Source: Pelagomonas calceolata
Lineage: Eukaryota
Length of the DNA stretch: 64,000 nucleotides
Assembly (NCBI GenBank): GCA_918797485.1
Contig: CAKKNE010000005.1
Span: 558,001 to 622,000 of the forward strand
Reading direction: 5' to 3'
Below are positions 22,669-32,963 of this stretch, piece after piece. Every line of letters starts with the position of its first letter. The stretch's first letter is position 1. The translations under genes and the position numbers were made by a program. A model generated the notes under the pieces. That model saw only the letters and a program-made list of their open reading frames with translations. It did not search any database and was not told where the DNA came from.

Positions 22669-22913
22669 GCGACGACATGTGCCGCGACGACTGCCGCACG
22701 GTCGTGGCGCCCGCGTTCGCGGCCAAGAATTTCCGGCATCTCGCGGGGACCAAGGCCAAGGCGCGCTGGAACGCCACGACCGCGGACGCGCCGACAGAGC
22801 CGACGGCGACGCACGGCGCCGCGGCGGCGAAATGGGACCCGCGGCGGGTCGGCTACTACCGCGCCCGCTTCCAGGAGGAGACGGCGTGCCTGTCGCGAGG
22901 GTAAAACAGTTCA

Positions 22914-25142
22914 CTAAGTTAGCCGCCCCCGCCCCGCGAAAAAGTCCGCCTCGCGCCGCGTAAAATGCTTGTCACAGGTACAGCAGTAGAAGAACGCGTC
23001 TGGGCCCTTGCCCGAATTGTGGACGACGCCGCGGTACGCGTCGTCGCAGAAAATACAGGCGGGGACGTCGTCCGGGCCCGGCCGTCGCCAGTTCGCGGAG
23101 ACCTCGGCGAGCGGGTCCCGCTTCCAGACGCGCTGCCGCGCCGACCGCGCGTCGCGTCGGAGAGCATCCGCGACGACGGCGCGCGGCGAGACCGGCGGTC
23201 CCCGCGGTCGCCGCGGTGGCGCGGCGGGTTCCACCGGTGCGGCCGGTTCCGGTACTGTCGGATTCGGAGCGACCGGCGGCGCCGGCGGCGCCACGGACAT
23301 GGTAGGTGCCGTATCAGGCGGCGTGGCGGGTTCCACCGGAGTCGGCGCCGGTGCGGCCGGCGGTTCCGGTACTGCCGGATCTGAGGCAACAGGCGCCGGT
23401 TCACATGGTGTCGAAGCCAGAGCAGCGGGCGCCGGCGCCTGAGCAGGTGCCTGAACAGGCGCGGGCGCGGAAGCGGCCACGGCAGGCGCCGGCTCCGTCG
23501 CCGCCGGTGGCACAGGCGTAGACGACACGGGCGCGGTTGGTGCTGGTTCTGGTGGTGTCGGTGCGACCGGCGCCGGAGCCGGAGCGGCAGGCAGCGGCGC
23601 AACCGGAGCCTGAGCAGGTGCCTGAGCAGGCGTCGACGCGGCGGCGGGCGCCAGCTCCGATGGCGCCGGCTCCGTCGCCGCAGGTGCCGCAGGCTGAGGC
23701 ACGACCGACACCGCCGCGGCCGCCCGCAGGCGCCTCCGCTCGTCGTCGACGAACGACCGCCGGCTCGCCGCGAGCGCCGCCGCGAGGCCCGCCGACGCGG
23801 GAGGCCGCCGCCGCGGCGCCGGCGCCCGCCGCGCGCCGGCGCTCCCGCCGGCCGGGCCGCGGCAGTCGACGACGACGCCAGGCGCCAGGCGGACCCGGGC
23901 CGGCGGCAGCCACGACGACGGCGGCGGCGGCGGTGCGGCGGGGAGGACCGTTGACGGCGGTGCGATTGGTATCCGCGGGGCCGGAGCTGGCGCCGGAGCA
24001 GGCATCGGTGCGGCCGACGGCGCGGCGGGCGCGGCAGGTGCCTGAACAGGTGCCAGAGCAGGCGCCGGCGCGGCGACCGGCGCTGGAGCGGCCGCGTCGG
24101 GCCTCAGAGCGGCGGGCGTTGGAACAGTCACTTCAGGCGCAGGTGCGGCGGCCGGCGTGGCAGGTGCTGGAGCAGGCGTCGCGGCGGCGGGTGCCTGAGC
24201 AGGCGCCTGAGCAGGTGCGGAGTCAGACGTAGGCGCGGCGACGGGCGCCGGAGCGGCCGCGGCCGGCCTCGGAGTCGCGGACGGCGGCGCGGCAGCCGGT
24301 CTCTGTGCCGGGATGGCCACAGCGGCGGGAGCGGGTGCGGCGGCCGGCGCGGCGGGCGCTGGAGCAGGCGGCGGCGCCACGGGCGTCGGCGCGGCGACCA
24401 CAACCTCGGGCGCGGCGGCGGGCACGGCGGCCGGTGGTGCGGGCGCCGGCGCGATGGTCGGCGCCGGAGCGGCGGCCGGTGAAGAAGGCGCCGGCGCAGC
24501 GGTCGGAGCGGCCGCGGCGGGCCTCGGCGCGGCGGGCGCCGGTGCAGGCGCCGGAGCGGCCGCGGCGGCGGGCGCCGGCGCGGCGGCCGGCGCCCGGTCG
24601 CGAAGAATGCGAAGCTCCGTCCGCACGCGCGCCGCGAGCGTCTTCGCGTCGCGGTAGGCTGGCAGCGACGCCGCGTCGCACAACAGCCGGAATTCGATCA
24701 GCCGCGCCGCCCGCGGGAAATTGCGCGCGTTCCGTACCACACAAACGCCGCCCCGCGCCAGCGTCCGCAGCCGCGATTCGATCAAAGACACGACGAGCTT
24801 CCGCGCCGACAGGTGCTTGGCCCGCACGTACCAGGCCGGCGGCCGCCGCGGCTCGTTCTCGTCAATTTGTACGATGGCGCCCGTCCGCTTGGCCTCGGCG
24901 AGTGACGCCGCGGCCTTGCTCCGCGGCGTTTCTACATGGGTCAATACGACGTCGTCGTCGCTGCTCTCTTCTTGAGTCACGGGCAGGAGCTGCGCGGCGA
25001 GGGCTTCCGTCGTTGCTCGCACGCTCACGAACTGAATGCCGACCAATTGCGCCGCGGCTCGCACGCGCTCGACCATGGGTTTGCTGGCGTCGATGCCCAG
25101 CTCGCCGCAGACGAGCTCGACGAGCACGGACGTCGAGGCCAT
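22914..25142 (-). CDS. Pro/Ala-rich protein with a KIX-like helical domain and a C-terminal Zn finger
   Basis: ARLIEFRLL..AASLPAYRD..TL; long PA linkers; CIFC...FFYCCTC. Confidence 0.65.
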   Translation of the reverse strand: MASTSVLVELVCGELGIDASKPMVERVRAAAQLVGIQFVSVRATTEALAAQLLPVTQEESSDDDVVLTHVETPRSKAAASLAEAKRTGAIVQIDENEPRRPPAWYVRAKHLSARKLVVSLIESRLRTLARGGVCVVRNARNFPRAARLIEFRLLCDAASLPAYRDAKTLAARVRTELRILRDRAPAAAPAPAAAAAPAPAPAPAAPRPAAAAPTAAPAPSSPAAAPAPTIAPAPAPPAAVPAAAPEVVVAAPTPVAPPPAPAPAAPAAAPAPAAVAIPAQRPAAAPPSATPRPAAAAPAPVAAPTSDSAPAQAPAQAPAAATPAPAPATPAAAPAPEVTVPTPAALRPDAAAPAPVAAPAPALAPVQAPAAPAAPSAAPMPAPAPAPAPRIPIAPPSTVLPAAPPPPPSSWLPPARVRLAPGVVVDCRGPAGGSAGARRAPAPRRRPPASAGLAAALAASRRSFVDDERRRLRAAAAVSVVPQPAAPAATEPAPSELAPAAASTPAQAPAQAPVAPLPAAPAPAPVAPTPPEPAPTAPVSSTPVPPAATEPAPAVAASAPAPVQAPAQAPAPAALASTPCEPAPVASDPAVPEPPAAPAPTPVEPATPPDTAPTMSVAPPAPPVAPNPTVPEPAAPVEPAAPPRRPRGPPVSPRAVVADALRRDARSARQRVWKRDPLAEVSANWRRPGPDDVPACIFCDDAYRGVVHNSGKGPDAFFYCCTCDKHFTRREADFFAGRGRLT

Positions 25143-25229
25143 CGTTGACGGCGTACGGTCCACGGCACGCGCCGATGGGCTGCGTTTTCGGCCCGAGACA
25201 AGGACCAACGATTGCAAAAAATAATCGAG

Positions 25230-25251
25230 CTAGCGTGTATAGACACACTTG
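25230..25251 (-). promoter_or_regulatory. CTAG promoter motif (degenerate)
   Basis: Reverse complement caagtgtgtctatacacgctag between divergent genes. Confidence 0.4.
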
Positions 25252-25451
25252 GAATCCGTAAACTGATGATAAAAAGCTGCCAATCTCTGCACCAAAGGCA
25301 TAAATCAGCCAACCGAGGAACTTGGACAACCCCAGGGACTCACCGGCGCAGCCAGTAAAATCTCCTGCAACGGCGTTAGCTACCAACATAAAAATCGAAG
25401 TCCGCAGCTCGAGCAGAGGGCATAGAGACGCTATCGACGCGAGCCGTAGAG

Positions 25452-26711
25452 ATGGCCACGCTCGTCGACACCACAGCGGCCTTGGAAGCAACAAAGCTCG
25501 ACGACGCGGCCGAGCTCAAGCGCCAGCGGCTAAGGGACAAGAAGCGCCGCCAGCGACAAAAACAAAAAGAAAAGAAAAGATCTCTCACGGAGCGCCGCGA
25601 CACGCCGGGCAAGGGCCAAGGGTTATTTGCGACCCAATCATTGGAAGAGGGCGCTATCGTCGCGAGGCAGCCGCCCGCCCTCTCCGTCGTCTTCGACGCG
25701 CACTCGCAGACGGTCTGCGGTTTTTGTTTTAAGCCCGATACTACTGACAAGAAGACCATTAAACTAGTGAAGAGAGATGGCAAGGTCGGTGTGGTTTTCG
25801 CGGACGACGAGCATGGGGCGGCGGTGGTTACGAGGTTGTCTGCCACTGGTGCCAACTCGACAGCAGACATCAAACAAGGAGACGTGCTCATAGGCGTCCA
25901 CGGTGCGTTAGTGGCGACGACCGGTCAGGCATTAGAAGCGCTGCGGAACGCTCCTGCAGCTTTCGAGGCCGTGTTCATCCGACCATCCCTACTCATCTGT
26001 CGGGACTGCGGCCGCTTCGCCACCTGTAAAGACTGTGCCGAGCAAGGGAGACATAAGTGGCACGCTCATGAATGTCAACTGTTCCAGAATCTGCCATCCT
26101 CGTCGAAGCGCGGCGAGACGTCTCCGGTCCGATTACTACTGCGGTACCGCGCTTCCGCGGACATCGGCGACTGGTCCACTGATAAAGAGACCATCGATGA
26201 AGTGCGTTCACTAGTGACGACGAAGGGCGGCATCGACGCGTCGACGGCGTTAGCTTTACAAAAGTTAACTGGCGTCCCTTCGGACGTCTGTTCTTTACTC
26301 ATCGGAACGATCCGGGGCAACGCCGCGGCCGTCTTCAGGAACAATCATAGGGTGGCGTGCGCGCTGTCGGCGAAGGTCGGCTACTGCAACCACAGCTGCG
26401 CGCCGAACTGTAGTGCCTCCGTCGATGCGGACGGAAAGTGCGTCCTGACCGCTACTACTTCTGTTACGAAGGATGAAGAACTGACAATATCGTACGTCGA
26501 CGCCAATCAACCGGTGGAGCAACGTAGAGCCATCCTCCAAGAGCATTATGAATTTAGATGCGAGTGTGTGAAGTGCGTCAAGGATTCGCGCGCTTTGCTG
26601 AAGCTGAAGGCGCGGTCGCGGGGCAAGGAGCATCTGCAGAATACCTCTAGATTAGCGCGGGAGCAGTACATGCACGCCCATGTGAAGGGGGGGAAGTCGA
26701 CGGGGGTCTAA
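25452..26711 (+). CDS. SMYD-type SET/MYND lysine methyltransferase with a PDZ insert
   Basis: GKGQGLFA, CGFC...CRDC..CKDC..H.HEC, CNHSCAPN, EELTISY, YEFRCECVKC. Confidence 0.85.
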   Translation: MATLVDTTAALEATKLDDAAELKRQRLRDKKRRQRQKQKEKKRSLTERRDTPGKGQGLFATQSLEEGAIVARQPPALSVVFDAHSQTVCGFCFKPDTTDKKTIKLVKRDGKVGVVFADDEHGAAVVTRLSATGANSTADIKQGDVLIGVHGALVATTGQALEALRNAPAAFEAVFIRPSLLICRDCGRFATCKDCAEQGRHKWHAHECQLFQNLPSSSKRGETSPVRLLLRYRASADIGDWSTDKETIDEVRSLVTTKGGIDASTALALQKLTGVPSDVCSLLIGTIRGNAAAVFRNNHRVACALSAKVGYCNHSCAPNCSASVDADGKCVLTATTSVTKDEELTISYVDANQPVEQRRAILQEHYEFRCECVKCVKDSRALLKLKARSRGKEHLQNTSRLAREQYMHAHVKGGKSTGV

Positions 26712-26745
26712 GCGCGATTTTGAAACTAGGTCGTCACCGTGACGG

Positions 26746-27639
26746 TCACGGTCCGCCGGCGAGTGCTCTAGTACTACTACGGATGTACAGACGGGTCTGA
26801 GTCGCGTCGATGGCGTTATGCCCGACGAGTTCGCTCAGAGAATCGCTCTCGCGCGCCTCGAAAGCTCCAAGTTCGACATCTGCTTCGACGCCGCGACGAC
26901 GCGACCGTGACACGGCGTCGGCACCGCTCCAACGCCGTCGACGCGAAGAGACGGGGAACACTACTTACTTCTCCCCCTTCTCCTCGGGGTTGAGCTTTCG
27001 CCGGAACGTGAACGCCCAGCCCGCCGCGGTGTCGCGCTCCTGATTGGTAACGACGGAGAAATCCAGCTGCCCGACCAGAGGACAGACCGTGATGACGTAG
27101 CTCCGGTAGTGCTTTTTTTCTTCAATCGGATTGCCAAATAAAGATAATTTCTTGAGCTTTGGCAGTTCGCCCAATCTTTTCACCTGCTTCAGATCAGAAA
27201 TTCTGTTCGCTTGTAGATTCAAAACTTGGAGCGACGGCATGCACTTGAAGCAGTCGCCAAACACTCTGATGTTATTGAAGGACAGGTCGATCCACCGGAT
27301 CATCGACAGATCGGCTACCACATGAGACAGTGCCATTTCCAAAGATGGCGGCGGTCCCAGATCTACTCCTTGCTCATCGACGACGTTCGCACCCTCTCCA
27401 CACAACTCCACTATACTATTGTTGTTCAGTCTTATGGAGGAGTGCTTGAGCTTGCGTGGACCCGGTTCTTGGGGCGCGTTCGCGCCGGCCGGCGGGTGGC
27501 ACAAAAACACTGCTTTTTCAACATCAACTAACGACTCCATCTCCATGAAGCTCAGGTTCATCTGGTAGTACTTGCTTTCTTTGCGGCTGGGCTTGATCAG
27601 GTGCCATCCAGACTTGTCGATCTCGCCGCGCACGCCCAT
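26746..27639 (-). CDS. LRRC51-like leucine-rich repeat protein (stop at 26965 if unspliced; probable intron 26777-26968)
   Basis: WIDLSFNNI, LNLQANRISDL, LSLFGNPIEE..HYRSYVI, LDFSVVT. Confidence 0.8.
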
Positions 27640-28103
27640 GGTTGGTTGGAGGGGCTGCCTCGGCGCGCTTAAATGATTGTGTCGGCTGCCTCGACGGCGT
27701 GCTGGGGTCGGCGGTCGGCCTGGCGCCGCAGCGCGCCTCCTCTGCCACTCTGCGGCGCTAGCTCTCGGAGTTTGAGCGTCGCGCGGACGGCTGCGTCTCA
27801 GACCCATCTCCTGCCCGCCGCGAGAGCTCTCTGCGCACGCTGCGAGCGCACGCATTAAAACCCGCACGATACAGAGACGAGCTCGCCTCCGCTGGCCATT
27901 GGGCTACCGCTGCCGCTGTGCTCGGTAACGACTTGCTTTTGAGTGCTCAAGGGGCGCTGGTGCATCGCGAGAACCGCTGGGCATCGCTAAGCATCGCTGC
28001 GTGCAAAACCAGCTTGGGAGAGCGCTGTAACTCGCCGTCGTCGCACGGTCCGCGCGCCGCGCCATACCTCGAAGAGGCAGCGCCGGCAGAGCTACGGGCA
28101 GCC

Positions 28104-30584
28104 ATGGAAGCGCCCCAGCGCGTCTACGACGCCTTGGACGCGCGGAACTACAAGGCCGCCCTCAAGCTCTGCGACAAGAACGCCAAAAAGAACCCTGTAT
28201 TGGCTGCTTTACGATGCCTCACATTACAAAGGATGCGGCGCCTGTCGGAGGCCGCGGAGGCGTGCAACGAGCTTGTGACGAAGGGCTACACGGACGAGAA
28301 CGTCCTGGCACCCCTGACGATGTGCCTCAACGCTCTGAACCGAGACGGCGAAGCCACAACGTTGTGGGCGCACGCGTATCAGCAGAAGCCCGCCGATGCG
28401 TCGCTAGGTCGTCGAGTGTGTGCGGCGCATGCGAGACAACAAGACTGGCCGCACGTCCGGTCCGTAGCTGCTGCCTTGTATAAGAGCACCAAAGACGTTT
28501 CGTATTTGCGACGCTTCGCGGCCGCCGCATTGGTCGAGGCGACGGCGACGCCAGCACCACCGACGAAGCTCTTAACGCTCAAGCTAGGAGACAAGATGTT
28601 GGAGCGATGTATCGACGAGTCCGGCGGTTATGGCAGGTGTAGCGCGGAAGATGTGGAGCTCTTGGCATCGTTGCGCGAAGCGCGAGGAGATTATCCAGGA
28701 GCGGCCCACTGCATCCGGCAGGCGCGCGACGGCCTCGCGTCGCAAACGGAAGGCGATTTCATACGAAGGCCGACCGAGCGGAACTTGATGCGAGACGAGG
28801 CCGCGTACTTGCTGAGAGGGCGGGCTGTGGATGAAGCTAGACAGTTGTACGAAGCCCTGTTGGACGATCAGGACGACTGGGCCTCGTACGAGGGGTATGT
28901 AAAGTGCAGCAAGACTCTTGAAAAGGAAGATGACGCGCTACGGAAGCTCGACGCCCTCGCAACACAAAGGCCGAAGCACCGCGGGCCTAGATTAGCGTCG
29001 TTGTTGCTCGTGGACGGCGATGCTTTACAAGATAGAATCCTGAGATATATTGAAACGCACGCTTCCTCTCCCTCATTGTTCGACGACCTCGAGACGTCGC
29101 TGCGACGCGTCCAATCACTCCCATTGACCGTGGAGGGCCCGCCTCGGAAACAAGCGTCATTACTATGCATGCGCCGGTTTTTGAGTGACGACGTACCTGT
29201 TGAGCAATGTCTGTCAATCATCAAGGGTGACGATACGTCAGCGTCATCAGACGCGGCCTGCGTCCTGGCCTGCACCTTACAAGACGCAGGAAATAAGGTA
29301 GATGCGTGTCGAGTACTGTACAGCGCCCATGCGCGCGACGAGGGAAACGCTCGAGTGACGCTCGCCTTCGTCGACGCCTTACAATCTATTGGGGCAGGCG
29401 AAGCAGCTCTACGAACGTACGCCTCGCTCGGCGTGAAGCAGATCCAGCTCGATAGCTTGGGGCACTTGATTACGCCGTGGGCCGCGTCTAGTGGCTTTTG
29501 GGCCGAAGTGTCTTTGCACTGTCGCAACGTGCTCCATGTGCACGACGGGTGTAGGCGAGATTCGCGCGAATTTGCTCATAGAGCACTGGACTGCTGCAAC
29601 GGGGCCCGAGCGGCGGAAATCTGGCAGTTTCAACGCGATAAATTAGACCGCTCGACGACGAAGCTCTGGGCTAGATGCGAGCTCATAGGCCTCGACCTCG
29701 TATTGCAGTGCCACTCCGCTACCAAGGTTGTGGAGCTATTACCTCAGTGGGAAACGGGCCCGCGCCTCGACGACGTCTCTGACGATGAGACGTTCGAGCG
29801 GGTCTTCGGGTCCCTGAATATTGATGTACGAGCGAGGCCGGCCTGGACCCATTCTACGAGTGATGGGGAGCGCTCGTCGCGTCAAAAGTTTGTCTTTCGG
29901 AACTCTAGTGCTTATCATTTAGCTACCAGGGAATTACTTGCGGCCCTATTAACGGACAGGCAGGCGAACGCGCCTTTGGTGGATCGGGTTTTGGCATCTA
30001 TAAGGGGTGCCATCTCCGACAAACTAGAACAGAGCTGTGTGGACGCGGTGCTATCTGCGTACGAAGCTGCCTCGGCGTTTAAAAGTGACAGAGATACTTC
30101 TACAAAGCTCTTCGACGTCGTGTCTGAGAAAATAGCTGATGTCGCTACTTTATTGGAGGCGTTGGACCCCGCTTCAACTGTAGAGGCTTGTCACACGAGG
30201 CTGAGGAGCGCCGCGGTCGTCCTGGAACGGACGGCGCCTCTGTTAGTAGTGTTGTGCTTTGCCGACGACGCGTCATCAAAAAAGAAGAAGGCCAAGGGCA
30301 AGAAGGGCAAGCGAGAGAAGGAGGCGGAGCCCGCGTGGCGCCTCGCTTTGTCAAAAGCTCTATCTTCATTTTTAACGCTGCTCACGGCGCTGAAGACGTC
30401 TCTGAAACGCGACCAGACGGACGAGGACGCCCCGGCGGAATTACCGGAAGAGAGTGTTTTACCGGAGGACGGGAGTCGACAGGAGGTCGCGAAGCTCCTG
30501 GGCGCCGCGCGCCGCGTGTCCCTCGACCGGTTGCTAGGCGTCTGCGGCGACAAGCTGGCCGCGTTACAAGGTAGGATACGTTAA
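28104..30584 (+). CDS. NAA25: NatB N-acetyltransferase auxiliary subunit (NAA25/MDM20)
   Basis: VYDALDARNYKAALK, DDWASY, RGPRLA, LGVKQIQLDSLGH. Confidence 0.85.
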   Translation: MEAPQRVYDALDARNYKAALKLCDKNAKKNPVLAALRCLTLQRMRRLSEAAEACNELVTKGYTDENVLAPLTMCLNALNRDGEATTLWAHAYQQKPADASLGRRVCAAHARQQDWPHVRSVAAALYKSTKDVSYLRRFAAAALVEATATPAPPTKLLTLKLGDKMLERCIDESGGYGRCSAEDVELLASLREARGDYPGAAHCIRQARDGLASQTEGDFIRRPTERNLMRDEAAYLLRGRAVDEARQLYEALLDDQDDWASYEGYVKCSKTLEKEDDALRKLDALATQRPKHRGPRLASLLLVDGDALQDRILRYIETHASSPSLFDDLETSLRRVQSLPLTVEGPPRKQASLLCMRRFLSDDVPVEQCLSIIKGDDTSASSDAACVLACTLQDAGNKVDACRVLYSAHARDEGNARVTLAFVDALQSIGAGEAALRTYASLGVKQIQLDSLGHLITPWAASSGFWAEVSLHCRNVLHVHDGCRRDSREFAHRALDCCNGARAAEIWQFQRDKLDRSTTKLWARCELIGLDLVLQCHSATKVVELLPQWETGPRLDDVSDDETFERVFGSLNIDVRARPAWTHSTSDGERSSRQKFVFRNSSAYHLATRELLAALLTDRQANAPLVDRVLASIRGAISDKLEQSCVDAVLSAYEAASAFKSDRDTSTKLFDVVSEKIADVATLLEALDPASTVEACHTRLRSAAVVLERTAPLLVVLCFADDASSKKKKAKGKKGKREKEAEPAWRLALSKALSSFLTLLTALKTSLKRDQTDEDAPAELPEESVLPEDGSRQEVAKLLGAARRVSLDRLLGVCGDKLAALQGRIR

Positions 30585-30590
30585 CACATG

Positions 30591-32252
30591 TTACTCAGAG
30601 ATATCCCCGCCATTGACCACGTTCAGGAAGGCCTGGTACGTGCCGAGCGTTCCTCCGATCACACCTATAAGGATCGTCATTCCGTCCGCGACGCACTCCC
30701 ACCCACCTTTCTCGCGCGGACACTTTCTATTGATCAACGCAGGCGCGATCAGCGATAATATCGAACCCGTCAGCGCGCCCAACAGCGCGATCAGCGCGCC
30801 CAAATCGGGCACCGCCACGGCAGCCAAGAAAGTACCTAAAACAACTCCAAGGCGGAAGAAGACCCTAGGCCAGGTCATGACCTTCCTTTTGGCGGTCGCC
30901 TCCGGGACCGCGCGCGGACTCACCGGCTCGCCCACCTCAGTATTGGCGGGCTCGCGCCGCTTCGCGAGCTCGACATCAACTAAATTGTCGAACTCGGGGT
31001 CGGACTTCGCCTCGTCCTTCGTCAAGGGATTCGTGGAGGTGGGCGTCTCCGGCGTCGATGTGTCGGGCGTTTCCAGCAACGGCGTCACCGACGGCCTCTT
31101 GACCACGGGAGACGACGTCTTGACCTCGTCCAGCTCATCATCCCCAGCACACTCGTCGTCGGCCGCGTGCATGGGGTTCCCCACGTCGTCGGCGGAGTGC
31201 ACGTCGGAATGTTTTTTTACGTAGGAAGGACGTCGCAATTCAACTCCATCCTCCGTGCTCACGAGGTGCCTTCTTCGTCTTTTCCGCTCCCGGAAGAAGA
31301 AGGACGCCTCCAGCAGCTCCATGGACGGAAATAATTGAATGGGAAACGTGAAGATCACGGCGACGACGGTACACACGTTCGCGACGACAGGGCCTGCGGC
31401 CTCGAGTGACGACGCGTGGTCGTGGCTCGCGATCTCCGCCGTAATACTACCAGATTGGACGTCGGGCCAGGCCGCGTAACAGAACGCGCCGACCGTCGCG
31501 TAGCACGCCACGACGACCGACATCCCCCCGTAGAGGATGGGCCAGACGTCGTCCGCATGGCGCAGCGCGTTCTCCACCGGTAACATGTTGCACACGCCCT
31601 CGAACGAGTAGACGACCGTGCCAAAAAACAAGGGTAGCGTCGCGGGCTTCGCGACGGCATATTGTCTAGAGGTAGACGCGTCCTGGCGCATGGCCGCCGC
31701 CGCACTGAATAAAACGATGCCGATGGCCAGGAAGATCAATGCGTTGGCCAATGCGGCAAATTTAGCTAATCCTTTCACGGACTTGAGGAGGGCCAAAGAG
31801 CCATACACGGGAAAGATGCACAGAGCTAATAAACGAACACCGATATGTTCCCGCTCCTTCCTCGGCAGTAAGGCGCGCATGTTCTCGCCAAAAAAGTCAA
31901 AGTACACGGCACAGACGCCGAGCTGGACGATGTGCACCAGCACCTCGACGAGCATGCGGCCGTACTTGCCCAGCGCCCGTTCCGCGACATCAGCATAAGT
32001 TGTGGTTTTGTGGACCCTCCCGCCGGGCGTCGGCGGCGCGTCGTTCGTGTTATAGTAGCGCTTGCACAGGACTAGGGTGCGTAGATTCAGCGTCACGCCG
32101 ACGGCCAGGGTTAACAGAGTCACCAACCCTAGTTCCAACCCGGCGTTCTGGAAGGCCAAGGGTAACGAGAGGCACCCGGGTCCAACAAACGCTTTAATGA
32201 AGTACAACAGCGCGGCGTTCTTCGACGCGCCGGGCGCGGCGCCGCCGGCCAT
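30591..32252 (-). CDS. AAAP/SLC36-type amino acid transporter
   Basis: IKAFVGPGCLSLPLAF..AG, FFGTVVYSFEG, FTFPIQLFP. Confidence 0.92.
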   Translation of the reverse strand: MAGGAAPGASKNAALLYFIKAFVGPGCLSLPLAFQNAGLELGLVTLLTLAVGVTLNLRTLVLCKRYYNTNDAPPTPGGRVHKTTTYADVAERALGKYGRMLVEVLVHIVQLGVCAVYFDFFGENMRALLPRKEREHIGVRLLALCIFPVYGSLALLKSVKGLAKFAALANALIFLAIGIVLFSAAAAMRQDASTSRQYAVAKPATLPLFFGTVVYSFEGVCNMLPVENALRHADDVWPILYGGMSVVVACYATVGAFCYAAWPDVQSGSITAEIASHDHASSLEAAGPVVANVCTVVAVIFTFPIQLFPSMELLEASFFFRERKRRRRHLVSTEDGVELRRPSYVKKHSDVHSADDVGNPMHAADDECAGDDELDEVKTSSPVVKRPSVTPLLETPDTSTPETPTSTNPLTKDEAKSDPEFDNLVDVELAKRREPANTEVGEPVSPRAVPEATAKRKVMTWPRVFFRLGVVLGTFLAAVAVPDLGALIALLGALTGSILSLIAPALINRKCPREKGGWECVADGMTILIGVIGGTLGTYQAFLNVVNGGDISE

Positions 32253-32963
32253 CGGTCACTGGTGCGCCGGCGCCGGGAGCGATGCGACGGTCGGCGCGCA
32301 CTTGTCGGCGCAGCCCGGCGAGCGCTGCCGGTCGGCCTTCCGCGTCGACGACGTTGGCCGTGGTCGGCCGACCTCCTGCGCAGCGGGAGGCTGGCGCAAC
32401 GCAGTGCTCAAGCCTTGTGCTGAGTTTCCAGAGATCTTAACCAATGCGTTATGATCGCTGACACACACACACACCGATGACAGGCTCCAATGCCCAAAAA
32501 AAGTTAATAGCCAAAAAGGGCCAAAAAACAAAAAAACAAAAAAACAACATACCGGGTTTTGATTGAACAGAAAGAGCCCTAGCTGCGCGACGGAAGCAGC
32601 ACAAGACACAGTATACACAGTATTAACAACAACCGAGGACGTGTGTGCTGCCGGCGCACCGGCCGTACCGCGAGCGCGGGCCGGCCTACTAACCTATGTT
32701 TCTCCGTACCGCGTGCCTTCCGCCGCCGCGCGGGGAAGAGTGGGGCTTATTTTCCTCCGAGCCGCACTTGACGCGCGACGGACGCCCGGTTCGCGACGCG
32801 CGTGCGTTTTTTTCCAAAATACATATATACTATCTAGAAGAAAGCTACTGTGGACTTCGCACGACTGCTGCGCCACCGCGGATTTTTTGGATTCGTGATG
32901 TCAAAATGTCAAATGATGATAACAAAGATGCGCGCAGCGCGCTAACAGAGGCGACGAGTTCTT

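Noticed and set aside
23200..24600. Very GC-rich repetitive DNA as a satellite or mobile element
   Set aside because: It encodes degenerate Pro/Ala linkers inside a continuous ORF.
32460..32920. A-rich tracts as transposon termini or an RNA gene
   Set aside because: No TIR, TSD or recognisable RNA motif; consistent with a nucleosome-depleted promoter.
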